Shown piece by piece: positions 18,018 to 24,407 of a stretch of 24,407 bases of DNA. The notes under the pieces are model-generated. The model searched no databases. It was not told the DNA's origin and saw only the letters and a program-made list of their open reading frames with translations. Positions within the stretch are counted from its first letter, which is position 1; the number at the start of each line of letters is the position of its first letter. Source of the DNA: Gemmatimonadaceae bacterium (GTDB taxonomy: Bacteria; Gemmatimonadota; Gemmatimonadetes; Gemmatimonadales; Gemmatimonadaceae); the NCBI GenBank assembly GCA_044224875.1, contig JBGAJQ010000072.1:1-24407 (forward strand), in the 5' to 3' direction. Both the position numbers and the translations under genes were made by a program.

Positions 18018-19490
18018 TCAGCGACTCCTCCCACGAACGAACTCGACGAAGGTACCCACCGGGACGCCCGTGGGTCCCTTGGGAACGATCACAAGGTCCG
18101 ACTCACTGTATGCCGTGCCCGCGATGTCCAAGTGCACCCATGGATACGAGGTGAATTCCTGAAGAAACAGCGCAGCCGTAATCGTGCCAGCGGCACGTCC
18201 ACCGGTGTTCCTGAGGTCGGCGACGTCTGACTTGATTTGCTCGCGGTATTCGTCCCACAGTGGCAACTGCCAGGCCGGTTCGCTGGCTCGCGTCGCCGCG
18301 TCAATCACCTCACGTACCAACGACTCATCATTGCCCAAGGTGCCAGTCGCGTTGTTGCCGAGTGCGATCACACAGGCTCCGGTGAGCGTTGCGGCATCCA
18401 CGACGGCTGCCGGCTTGAACCGCGAGGCATAGTGGAGGACGTCGGCCAGCACCAACCGGCCCTCGGCATCGGTATTGATGATCTCAATGCTCTTGCCGTT
18501 GGACGCCTTCACCACGTCGCCAGGCTTGACCGCCGTGCCGGACGGCATGTTGGTGGTTGCTCCAACAAGGCCCACCACGTTCACGCGAAGCTTCAGCCTC
18601 GCGATTGCTTCCATGGCGCCCAGCACACCAGCCGCGCCACACATGTCAAACTTCATGAATTCCATGCGCTCGGCGGGCTTGATCGAAATACCGCCTGTAT
18701 CGAAGCAGAGGCCCTTCCCCACCAACACCAGGGGCGCAGCGTCCTTTCGACCGTTCCGATACTGGAGCGCGATCAGCTTGGGATCCTGTGGTGTGCCAGC
18801 GGCGACACACAGGAATGAACCCATGCCCTCCTTCTCCATTTCCTTGCGGCCCAGTACCGTCAGCTGCAATTTGTGGCGCTTGGCAATATCTGCGGCGGTG
18901 GCCGCCAGCAAGTCGGGGGTGCACACGTTGCCCGGCATCTGCGCGAGCCGGCGGGCCACGGCGTAGCCCTCAGCGACGGCAGTGCCCTTCGCCACGCCTG
19001 GCGCAGCTCGTCTGGGGTCCTTGGCAAGGATCGTCGCTTCGGTGAGCGGCGCCCGACGGTCCTCAACCGGTGGCGGCGTCTTGAGATCGTTGTATTCCCA
19101 GCAACCCAGGTTGAGCCCAACGGCGAGCGCTTCGATATCGGCGGCGGAGCTGGCTCCCGACCACACCGACATCTTGCCAGCACCCATTCGGTGCGCCTGA
19201 CGGGCGGCGAGCGTTGCGGCGCGGCGATACGCTTGCGTCCGCTGCTTTGGAGTCCCCAAACCGACGAGGAGAACCCGGGAAGGTCCCGACGTTCCGCCAG
19301 ACAAATGCAGCGTCTCGTCGCGCCCGCCGCGAAAGTCACCGCGCGCGAAACTGCGCGAAAGCGCGCCGCCGAGTGACTGGTCAATGTCCCGCAATCCCGA
19401 CGGGAAGTCGCGTCCAGCGACCAGGATCGCGAGTAAGGGCGAATCCGCGGTCGCGCTGGACGCGGCACGCACACCGATCTTGAGGGTCAT
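18018..19490 (-). CDS. pepA: Leucyl aminopeptidase (M17)
   Basis: GKGLCFDTGGISIK, MKFDMCG, NTDAEGRL, ATLTGA and WVHLDIAG. Confidence 0.97.
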   Translation of the reverse strand: MTLKIGVRAASSATADSPLLAILVAGRDFPSGLRDIDQSLGGALSRSFARGDFRGGRDETLHLSGGTSGPSRVLLVGLGTPKQRTQAYRRAATLAARQAHRMGAGKMSVWSGASSAADIEALAVGLNLGCWEYNDLKTPPPVEDRRAPLTEATILAKDPRRAAPGVAKGTAVAEGYAVARRLAQMPGNVCTPDLLAATAADIAKRHKLQLTVLGRKEMEKEGMGSFLCVAAGTPQDPKLIALQYRNGRKDAAPLVLVGKGLCFDTGGISIKPAERMEFMKFDMCGAAGVLGAMEAIARLKLRVNVVGLVGATTNMPSGTAVKPGDVVKASNGKSIEIINTDAEGRLVLADVLHYASRFKPAAVVDAATLTGACVIALGNNATGTLGNDESLVREVIDAATRASEPAWQLPLWDEYREQIKSDVADLRNTGGRAAGTITAALFLQEFTSYPWVHLDIAGTAYSESDLVIVPKGPTGVPVGTFVEFVRGRSR

Positions 19491-19567
19491 GTTGTGGCGT
19501 TTCGAGAGTGGCGCGTCACGCGGGCAACTTCGCCGCGAGGGCTACGACGCATGGACCTGCGTCGCGA

Positions 19568-19596
19568 AAGCTAGACAGGGAAAAAAGGCCGGGCAA
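19568..19596 (-). promoter_or_regulatory. Sigma70-type promoter upstream of pepA
   Basis: Minus strand TTGCCC (19596-19591), 17 nt, TAGCTT (19573-19568), in the intergenic gap. Confidence 0.55.
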
Positions 19597-19607
19597 GCGA
19601 ACGACCA

Positions 19608-20579
19608 TCAGACCAATCGGTTGGGTAGCGCATCACCACGGACGAACGCGTCAATGTTGTCGGCGGCAATCATGCCCATGGCTGTTCGGCTGCCGACTGT
19701 CGCGCTGCCGATATGAGGAAGAAGTGTCACGTTGGGAGCACTCAACAGCGATGGGTGGATGGTCGGCTCTCCTTCATACACATCCAGGCCAGCGCCAGCA
19801 ACGCGCCCTTCCACCAAGGCCTCAGCGAGCGCGACTGAATCGACGATTGGACCTCGCGCCGTGTTGATGAGGAAACTGCCCGGCTTCATGAACGACAGTG
19901 TCTCTCGATTCAAGAGGTGATACGTCTCGGCGGACGACGGACAGTGTAGGGACACGAAGTCCGAGGAGCCGAGCAGCTCGGAAAGCGACTGTACGCTCGT
20001 GACGTACTCAGGGACGCTTCGCCGAGAGTCAGGTCTGGCCAGGTGCTGGACGCGCATCCCGAAGCCAAAGTGTGCACGACGCGCCACGGCCTCACCGATT
20101 CGTCCAAGACCCACAATTCCCAGAGTCGAGCCATGCAAGCTGCGGCCGAGGAGATGCGTAGGACGCCAGCCGGTCCATCGACCGCCGCGCAGTTCCATCT
20201 CGCCTTCACTTGCTCGGCGCGCTGCAGCCAGCATCAACAGGAGCGTCAGATCCGCCGTGTCCTCGGTGAGCGCACCGGGAGTGTTCGTCACCGCCAATCC
20301 AACACGTTGGGCAGCGTCCAGGTCTATGTGATCGAAGCCGACCCCGAAGTTGGCTAGCAACTGGGCCCGACGCCCGCTGGCTTCCACGATCTCTCGCGTT
20401 AGGCGATCCGTGAGGGTGCATAACACGATGTCCGCCGTGCGAAGGGCCTCGCGCAGGTCTTCGGCGGAGAACTGCTGGTCGCGGGTGTTGCATACGGCGC
20501 CGTAATCGCGAACGAGCCGGCGCTCCACCACTTCCGGCAGCCTTCGTGTCACGACAATGCGGGGCGTAGTTTGCGTCAT
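19608..20579 (-). CDS. D-isomer-specific 2-hydroxyacid dehydrogenase (glyoxylate/hydroxypyruvate reductase GhrB/GyaR-like)
   Basis: GVGFDHID, VTNTPG.LTEDTAD, GIVGLGRIG, INTARG, LDVYEGEP and LLPHIGSA (Arg/Glu/His triad). Confidence 0.92.
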   Translation of the reverse strand: MTQTTPRIVVTRRLPEVVERRLVRDYGAVCNTRDQQFSAEDLREALRTADIVLCTLTDRLTREIVEASGRRAQLLANFGVGFDHIDLDAAQRVGLAVTNTPGALTEDTADLTLLLMLAAARRASEGEMELRGGRWTGWRPTHLLGRSLHGSTLGIVGLGRIGEAVARRAHFGFGMRVQHLARPDSRRSVPEYVTSVQSLSELLGSSDFVSLHCPSSAETYHLLNRETLSFMKPGSFLINTARGPIVDSVALAEALVEGRVAGAGLDVYEGEPTIHPSLLSAPNVTLLPHIGSATVGSRTAMGMIAADNIDAFVRGDALPNRLV

Positions 20580-20729
20580 CGCCGGGTGCGTTGGCTCGAG
20601 TGACGCATGTCACCGTCGTGCTTCGGCGCCGTCGGACACCAACGTGCAATGCGCCCACTCAAGTCGCGCAGCGAATCGGTCGAAAATACCAACGAGGGAA
20701 TCAAGGATTCATTTCCAGTCGGAGTCTTC

Positions 20730-21158
20730 ATGGCACGTGCAGTTCAGTTTGGAATGTGTGCCGGACGCACAGCGGCTATTGTGCTTTGCGCGGTGGCACT
20801 GGTGGCGCGGCCGTCGGCGATGAAGGCGCAGGACGCCGACGTCGTTTATGCGAGTACAGATCTCGAAGTACCACCCAAGATCGCAGCACCGGCTATCGCC
20901 TCCAAGTTGCTGCAGGACTCCTATCCGGACGCTCTACGTCGCGCTGGCGTAGGCGGAATCGTGCAAGTGCAGTTCGTGGTCGGGTCTACCGGTCGCGTGG
21001 AAGAGAGCAGCGTGTACGTGGTGGAAACGCCGGTTCAGGCCCTCGGTGAAGCAGCGAAGCGTGTGGTGTCGCGAATGACGTTCAAACCGGGTCTGCATAA
21101 CGGCCAGCCGGTCCGTGCTCGAGTGCTGCTTCCCCTTGTTTACAAAGCCGTCCGCTGA
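20730..21158 (+). CDS. Small exported TonB C-terminal domain protein
   Basis: GGAG RBS at 20721 and ATG 20730; signal-like N-terminus, then YPDALRRAGVGG.V.VQFVV...GRV...FKPG..NGQPV, a typical TonB_C pattern. Confidence 0.85.
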   Translation: MARAVQFGMCAGRTAAIVLCAVALVARPSAMKAQDADVVYASTDLEVPPKIAAPAIASKLLQDSYPDALRRAGVGGIVQVQFVVGSTGRVEESSVYVVETPVQALGEAAKRVVSRMTFKPGLHNGQPVRARVLLPLVYKAVR

Positions 21159-21178
21159 GTCTGTGCAGCTGCGGAAGC

Positions 21179-21212
21179 GACAAGGGTCTCGTCATTCGAC
21201 GAGACCCTTGTC
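21179..21212. terminator. Perfect 15-bp hairpin between convergent TonB-domain gene and tRNA-Leu (probable bidirectional terminator)
   Basis: GACAAGGGTCTCGTC-attc-GACGAGACCCTTGTC; no clear U-tract. Confidence 0.7.
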
Positions 21213-21221
21213 ACGTTCAAG

Positions 21222-21305
21222 TGCCCAGGACGAGACTCGAACTCGTAAGGGCCGGAGCCCGGTGGATTTTGAGTCCACTGCGTCTGCCAGTTCCGCCACC
21301 CGGGC
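21222..21305 (-). tRNA. tRNA-Leu (anticodon CAA), CCA end not encoded
   Basis: GCCCGGGTGGCGGAACTGGCAGACGCA-GTGGA-CT-CAA-AA-TCCAC, long variable arm, T arm ACGAG-TTCGAGT-CTCGT, CCTGGGC-A; class II cloverleaf. Confidence 0.96.
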
Positions 21306-21314
21306 GAGCGACGG

Positions 21315-21343
21315 AATGTAGCGCTCGCACCGCCGGGGCTCAA
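21315..21343 (-). promoter_or_regulatory. Sigma70-type promoter for tRNA-Leu
   Basis: Minus strand TTGAGC (21343-21338), 17 nt, TACATT (21320-21315), then a GC-rich discriminator, 9 nt before the tRNA 5' end. Confidence 0.65.
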
Positions 21344-21891
21344 CGCAGGGCAGTATCTGGTGGGGCGCGCCGTTTGCGACGCCGGTCAAGCCCCGAGGGC
21401 TCGTCGCCCGGTGCACCGGGAGGCCCCCCGCGCAGTTGCTCGACTTTACGGCGCATTTGCTCCTGCATGCCAAAGTACCGGGCGCGCTGTGACGGTGTCA
21501 TGAACTTCGCCAGCTCCTGCTGCTCTTCCTCCATGAGTTGCAGTCGGTCCCTCTGCACGCGCAGCTGGTCGTCCAGAAGCTTTCGGACCGCGTCCTCGTT
21601 AGGAGTGGCTCCCGGCGCCAGCTCGTCGCGCAACCCAATCCTGACGTCGCGCTCGTGGAGGAGCAATTCGCGACGCCGTCCCTCAAACCGGCGATTCAAC
21701 TCAAGCAGCTTCGGCATCTGGTCGTCGGACAGCCCGACACCGTCACGCACGGCCTGCGCAAAGCGCTCCTGAAATCGCTGTTGAAGCGCCTCGCGATCTC
21801 GCCGTGGCGCCCGTTCCACCTGTGCCTGAGCGGTAAGGGCCACGGCGCCCTGCAACCCGATGAGCGCTACGAATACCCGGTAGTTCGTCAT
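21340..21891 (-). CDS. Spy/CpxP-like periplasmic helical protein
   Basis: Signal peptide (AQA|Q), charged helical composition and two LTxxQ-like motifs (LSDDQ, MTPSQ); third gene of a sigma/anti-sigma operon. Confidence 0.72.
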   Translation of the reverse strand: MTNYRVFVALIGLQGAVALTAQAQVERAPRRDREALQQRFQERFAQAVRDGVGLSDDQMPKLLELNRRFEGRRRELLLHERDVRIGLRDELAPGATPNEDAVRKLLDDQLRVQRDRLQLMEEEQQELAKFMTPSQRARYFGMQEQMRRKVEQLRGGPPGAPGDEPSGLDRRRKRRAPPDTALR

Positions 21892-22484
21892 TCCATCTCC
21901 TGCGCTTGCCCGCGGCTGGCGGGCAAAGTCTGTGCGATGCTCTCGTCAGGCTCCGCCGACGGGATCGCTTCAATCGTGTCAAGCGCACCAAGCAACACTT
22001 CGAGCTGGTCCGCCTCGAGATCCCCAACACCACCTCCAACCGTTAGGCCGACCGCTGCCGACGTTGCGGCACCCTGCCCGGCTGCTGCAACCACTGGCAA
22101 GGAGGAATCTCCGGTTACCGTGCTTGCGACCGAGTCCACCGGCATGGCGCCCGGTGCGTCATAGAATGAACGCGCGACCACCAACGACACGCCGCCCAGG
22201 GATATGAACGAGATCGCTGCCGCCAGCCTCAACATCCAAGGCCTGGTTCCACGGGATCGCGGCCGGGACCTCGCCGGAAGCGCGCGAACGATGGCCGCCA
22301 CATCCACCGCCGGCGTGCTACGCTCGAACGAGGCGCGGACGGCGCGCAACGTGGCCAGTTCGGCCCGGCATTCCTCGCAGGCCGCGAGATGAGATTCCAC
22401 CTCGAACCGCTCACGGTCGTCCAATCGCCCATGATCGTACTCGGGCAATCGGTCACGAACGTCGATCGACTGGCAATCAGACAT
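21888..22484 (-). CDS. Zinc-finger (ZAS, zf-HC2) transmembrane anti-sigma factor
   Basis: HxxxCxxC (HLAACEEC), one TM helix (LAAAISFISLGGVSLVVA) and a low-complexity periplasmic tail; ATG 22484 overlaps the sigma gene end. Confidence 0.88.
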   Translation of the reverse strand: MSDCQSIDVRDRLPEYDHGRLDDRERFEVESHLAACEECRAELATLRAVRASFERSTPAVDVAAIVRALPARSRPRSRGTRPWMLRLAAAISFISLGGVSLVVARSFYDAPGAMPVDSVASTVTGDSSLPVVAAAGQGAATSAAVGLTVGGGVGDLEADQLEVLLGALDTIEAIPSAEPDESIAQTLPASRGQAQEME

Positions 22485-23034
22485 ACAAACTCTCCTTGAT
22501 CGAGCGCAGTGCATTGTGATAGTGCACTCGCGCCGCCCCTTCTGTCGTTCCCACGATCTCGGCGATTTCCCGGTAGGACCTACCTTCCGAAACCCTCAGC
22601 ATGAACACCTCGCGCTGCGTCCGTGACAACCGCTCCACCGCGTCACGCACGCGCTGCCCCGACTCGTCCGCAATCATCCCATCCAGCGCGTCGAACTCCG
22701 TTGTGGCGTCGCCCTCTTCGACCGAACCGACGTCCCGTCGTCGACGAAACGACCGTCGATGATCCAGCAACAACCGTCGCGCGATCGTAAACAGCCACGT
22801 GCGAAGTGAGCTGTCTCCCCGAAAAGCGTCGAGCGATGAGAACGCGCGTACGAAGGTGTCCTGAACGAGTTCATCGACCGCTTCCCTTGCCCCCAGACTT
22901 TGGAGGTATCTTCCCACCGGCCCCGCATGACGTTCGACGAGTTGAGTTGCCGCGCGTTCGTCGCCCTCGCGCCAGCGCGCAATGAGCACGTGGTCGAAGG
23001 AAGATTGTTCGGCGGGGAGGCGCTCCGATTCCAT
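22477..23034 (-). CDS. ECF (RpoE/SigW-like) RNA polymerase sigma factor (start uncertain)
   Basis: Region 2 DELVQDTFVRAF...FRGDSSLRTWLFTIARR; region 4 LSRTQREVFML...SYREIAEIVG...ARVHYHNA. Confidence 0.93.
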   Translation of the reverse strand: MESERLPAEQSSFDHVLIARWREGDERAATQLVERHAGPVGRYLQSLGAREAVDELVQDTFVRAFSSLDAFRGDSSLRTWLFTIARRLLLDHRRSFRRRRDVGSVEEGDATTEFDALDGMIADESGQRVRDAVERLSRTQREVFMLRVSEGRSYREIAEIVGTTEGAARVHYHNALRSIKESLYV

Positions 23035-23049
23035 CTGGTTGCGGTGTGG

Positions 23050-23073
23050 GACGTTGCGATCAGGTGGAACGTT
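23050..23073 (-). promoter_or_regulatory. Possible ECF-type autoregulatory promoter
   Basis: Minus strand AAC (23073-23071), 17 nt, CGTC (23053-23050), just upstream of the sigma ATG; fits the generic ECF AAC/CGT pattern but is short. Confidence 0.3.
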
Positions 23074-23175
23074 AATGGGAGAAGGACCATGGGCGGCCCA
23101 TCGACTGGCCGTCGCCATGCCGAGACCCTACTTTCCGCACCCTTGTACCCTTCAGCGATAGGAGCGCCTTCGAGG

Positions 23176-24407
23176 ATGTCCGTCCTACTTCGTGCCACAG
23201 TGCTCGCGGCGCTGGTCGGATGCACGAGCGCCGGCACGGCTGCGCCCGTGCCGGCCCCGGCCCCGATACCCGCGACGACCGCCCAACAGTCTGATTCGGC
23301 TCCCAAAGGGCCGCCACCCGGACCCGGCGCGCTCTCCGTTCCGAATGCCGACCCCTTTCCCTCCACCTACAAGCCTTTTCCGTCGCGAACCACGGTGATT
23401 CGGAATGCGACGATCATGACGGCCGTCGGTCCGTCCATTCGCGGGGGAAGCGTCCTGCTGCGCGACGGAAAGATCATCGCGGTCGGCGCCACCGTCGATG
23501 CACCATCTGACGCAGTCGTGGTTGACGGAAGCGGGAAGTTTGTCACGCCGGGGATGATCGATACACACTCTCATTTGGGCGTGTATCCGGCGCCGGGCAC
23601 GGACGCGTATCAGGATGGGAACGAGGCAACCAATCCTGCCACGCCGTACGTATGGGCCGAGCACTCGGTGTGGCCACAGGACCCGCAATTCCCGCGGGCG
23701 CTAGCAGCCGGCGTTACGACGATTCAAATCCTCCCTGGCTCAGCAAATCTCATTGGCGGTCGCAGCGCAATCCTGAAGGTCGTTCCGTCGCGGACCGTCG
23801 AGGGCATGAAGTTTCCCGCGGCGAAGTACGGGCTCAAGCAGGCGTGCGGAGAGAATCCCAAGCGCGTGTACGCGAGCCGTGGGCCCAGCACGCGAATGGG
23901 CAACATGGCTGGCTATCGTGCGCAGTACATCCAGGCGGAGCAGTATCGACGACGGTGGGACAAGTGGCTCGCTGACAGGAAAGGCGACCCGCCTGCGCGC
24001 GACCTGGGAATGGAGACCCTAGCCGAGGTGCTTCGCGGAAACATTCTCGTCCAGTGGCACTGCTATACAGCGGCAGACATGGAGCTGGCGATGGAAGTCG
24101 CCGATGAATTCGGGTTCAAGATCCGCTCCTTCCACCACGGTGTGGAGGCCTACAAACTCGCCGACATTCTCGCGGCCAAAGGCATCTCGGCCTCGCTATG
24201 GTCGGACTGGGGTGGCTTCAAGATGGAGGCGATCGACGGCGTGCGTGCGAACCTGGCGTTGGTTCATGCAGCTGGCGGAAAGGCCATTGTGCACTCGGAT
24301 GACGCGAGCGGCATGCAGCGGCTAAACCAGGACGCGGCCAAGAGCATGGCGGCCGGACGCGATATCGGCGTCACCGTTACCGAAGACGAAGCGATCAAGT
24401 GGCTCTC
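23176..24407 (+). CDS. Metal-dependent amidohydrolase family lipoprotein (3' end runs off the window)
   Basis: Not in the ORF track (no stop in window). MSVLLRATVLAALVG|C lipobox, Pro-rich linker, VTPGMIDTHSH (HxH), AGVTT, LPGS.NLIGG, KQACGENPKR, WHCY, FHHGVEAY and IVHSDD. Confidence 0.9.
   Translation, partial: MSVLLRATVLAALVGCTSAGTAAPVPAPAPIPATTAQQSDSAPKGPPPGPGALSVPNADPFPSTYKPFPSRTTVIRNATIMTAVGPSIRGGSVLLRDGKIIAVGATVDAPSDAVVVDGSGKFVTPGMIDTHSHLGVYPAPGTDAYQDGNEATNPATPYVWAEHSVWPQDPQFPRALAAGVTTIQILPGSANLIGGRSAILKVVPSRTVEGMKFPAAKYGLKQACGENPKRVYASRGPSTRMGNMAGYRAQYIQAEQYRRRWDKWLADRKGDPPARDLGMETLAEVLRGNILVQWHCYTAADMELAMEVADEFGFKIRSFHHGVEAYKLADILAAKGISASLWSDWGGFKMEAIDGVRANLALVHAAGGKAIVHSDDASGMQRLNQDAAKSMAAGRDIGVTVTEDEAIKWL

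Noticed and set aside
21160..21340. tRNA-Leu as an integration site for a genomic island
   Set aside because: No integrase, no duplicated tRNA 3' end noticed in the window and no evident compositional shift; the site looks empty.
22674..23688. Minus-strand ORFs of 230 and 167 aa
   Set aside because: They overlap the sigma gene out of frame or lie antisense to the amidohydrolase, and show no recognisable motifs.
1..24407. CRISPR arrays, IS elements, prophage, defence or toxin-antitoxin systems, riboswitches
   Set aside because: No regularly spaced repeats or transposase, integrase or phage genes were seen; intergenic gaps are short and largely explained by promoters and hairpins.

Overview
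A GC-rich bacterial chromosome segment made almost entirely of core genes. Protein style and gene order suggest Gemmatimonadota, which is inference only. About 20 kb of tightly packed minus-strand genes read, in transcription order: 2-hydroxyacid dehydrogenase, pepA, a TonB-plug outer-membrane protein, yicC-gmk-rpoZ-coaBC, family-4 UDG, dnaB, radA, ispD, tsaC, an LMW (probably arginine) phosphatase, aroE, comF, gap-pgk-tpiA-secG, carA, HU/IHF, moaD and moaE (partial). The right end holds a small TonB C-terminal-domain gene (+), tRNA-Leu(CAA) (-), an ECF sigma / zinc anti-sigma / Spy-CpxP-like operon (-) and a partial amidohydrolase lipoprotein (+). I found no mobile element, CRISPR array or defence system, and no clearly novel multi-gene system. 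The clearest anomaly is tpiA: it lacks roughly 26 codons covering both phosphate-binding loops, and its native C-terminus is stranded in another frame. Other leads are a 22-aa repeat dense in D-S/T-hydrophobic (Bacteroidota-type O-glycosylation) motifs, Gln at +1 of all three predicted SPase I substrates, an apparently unanchored TonB domain, a possible GTT start for coaBC and a structured HU 3' UTR.
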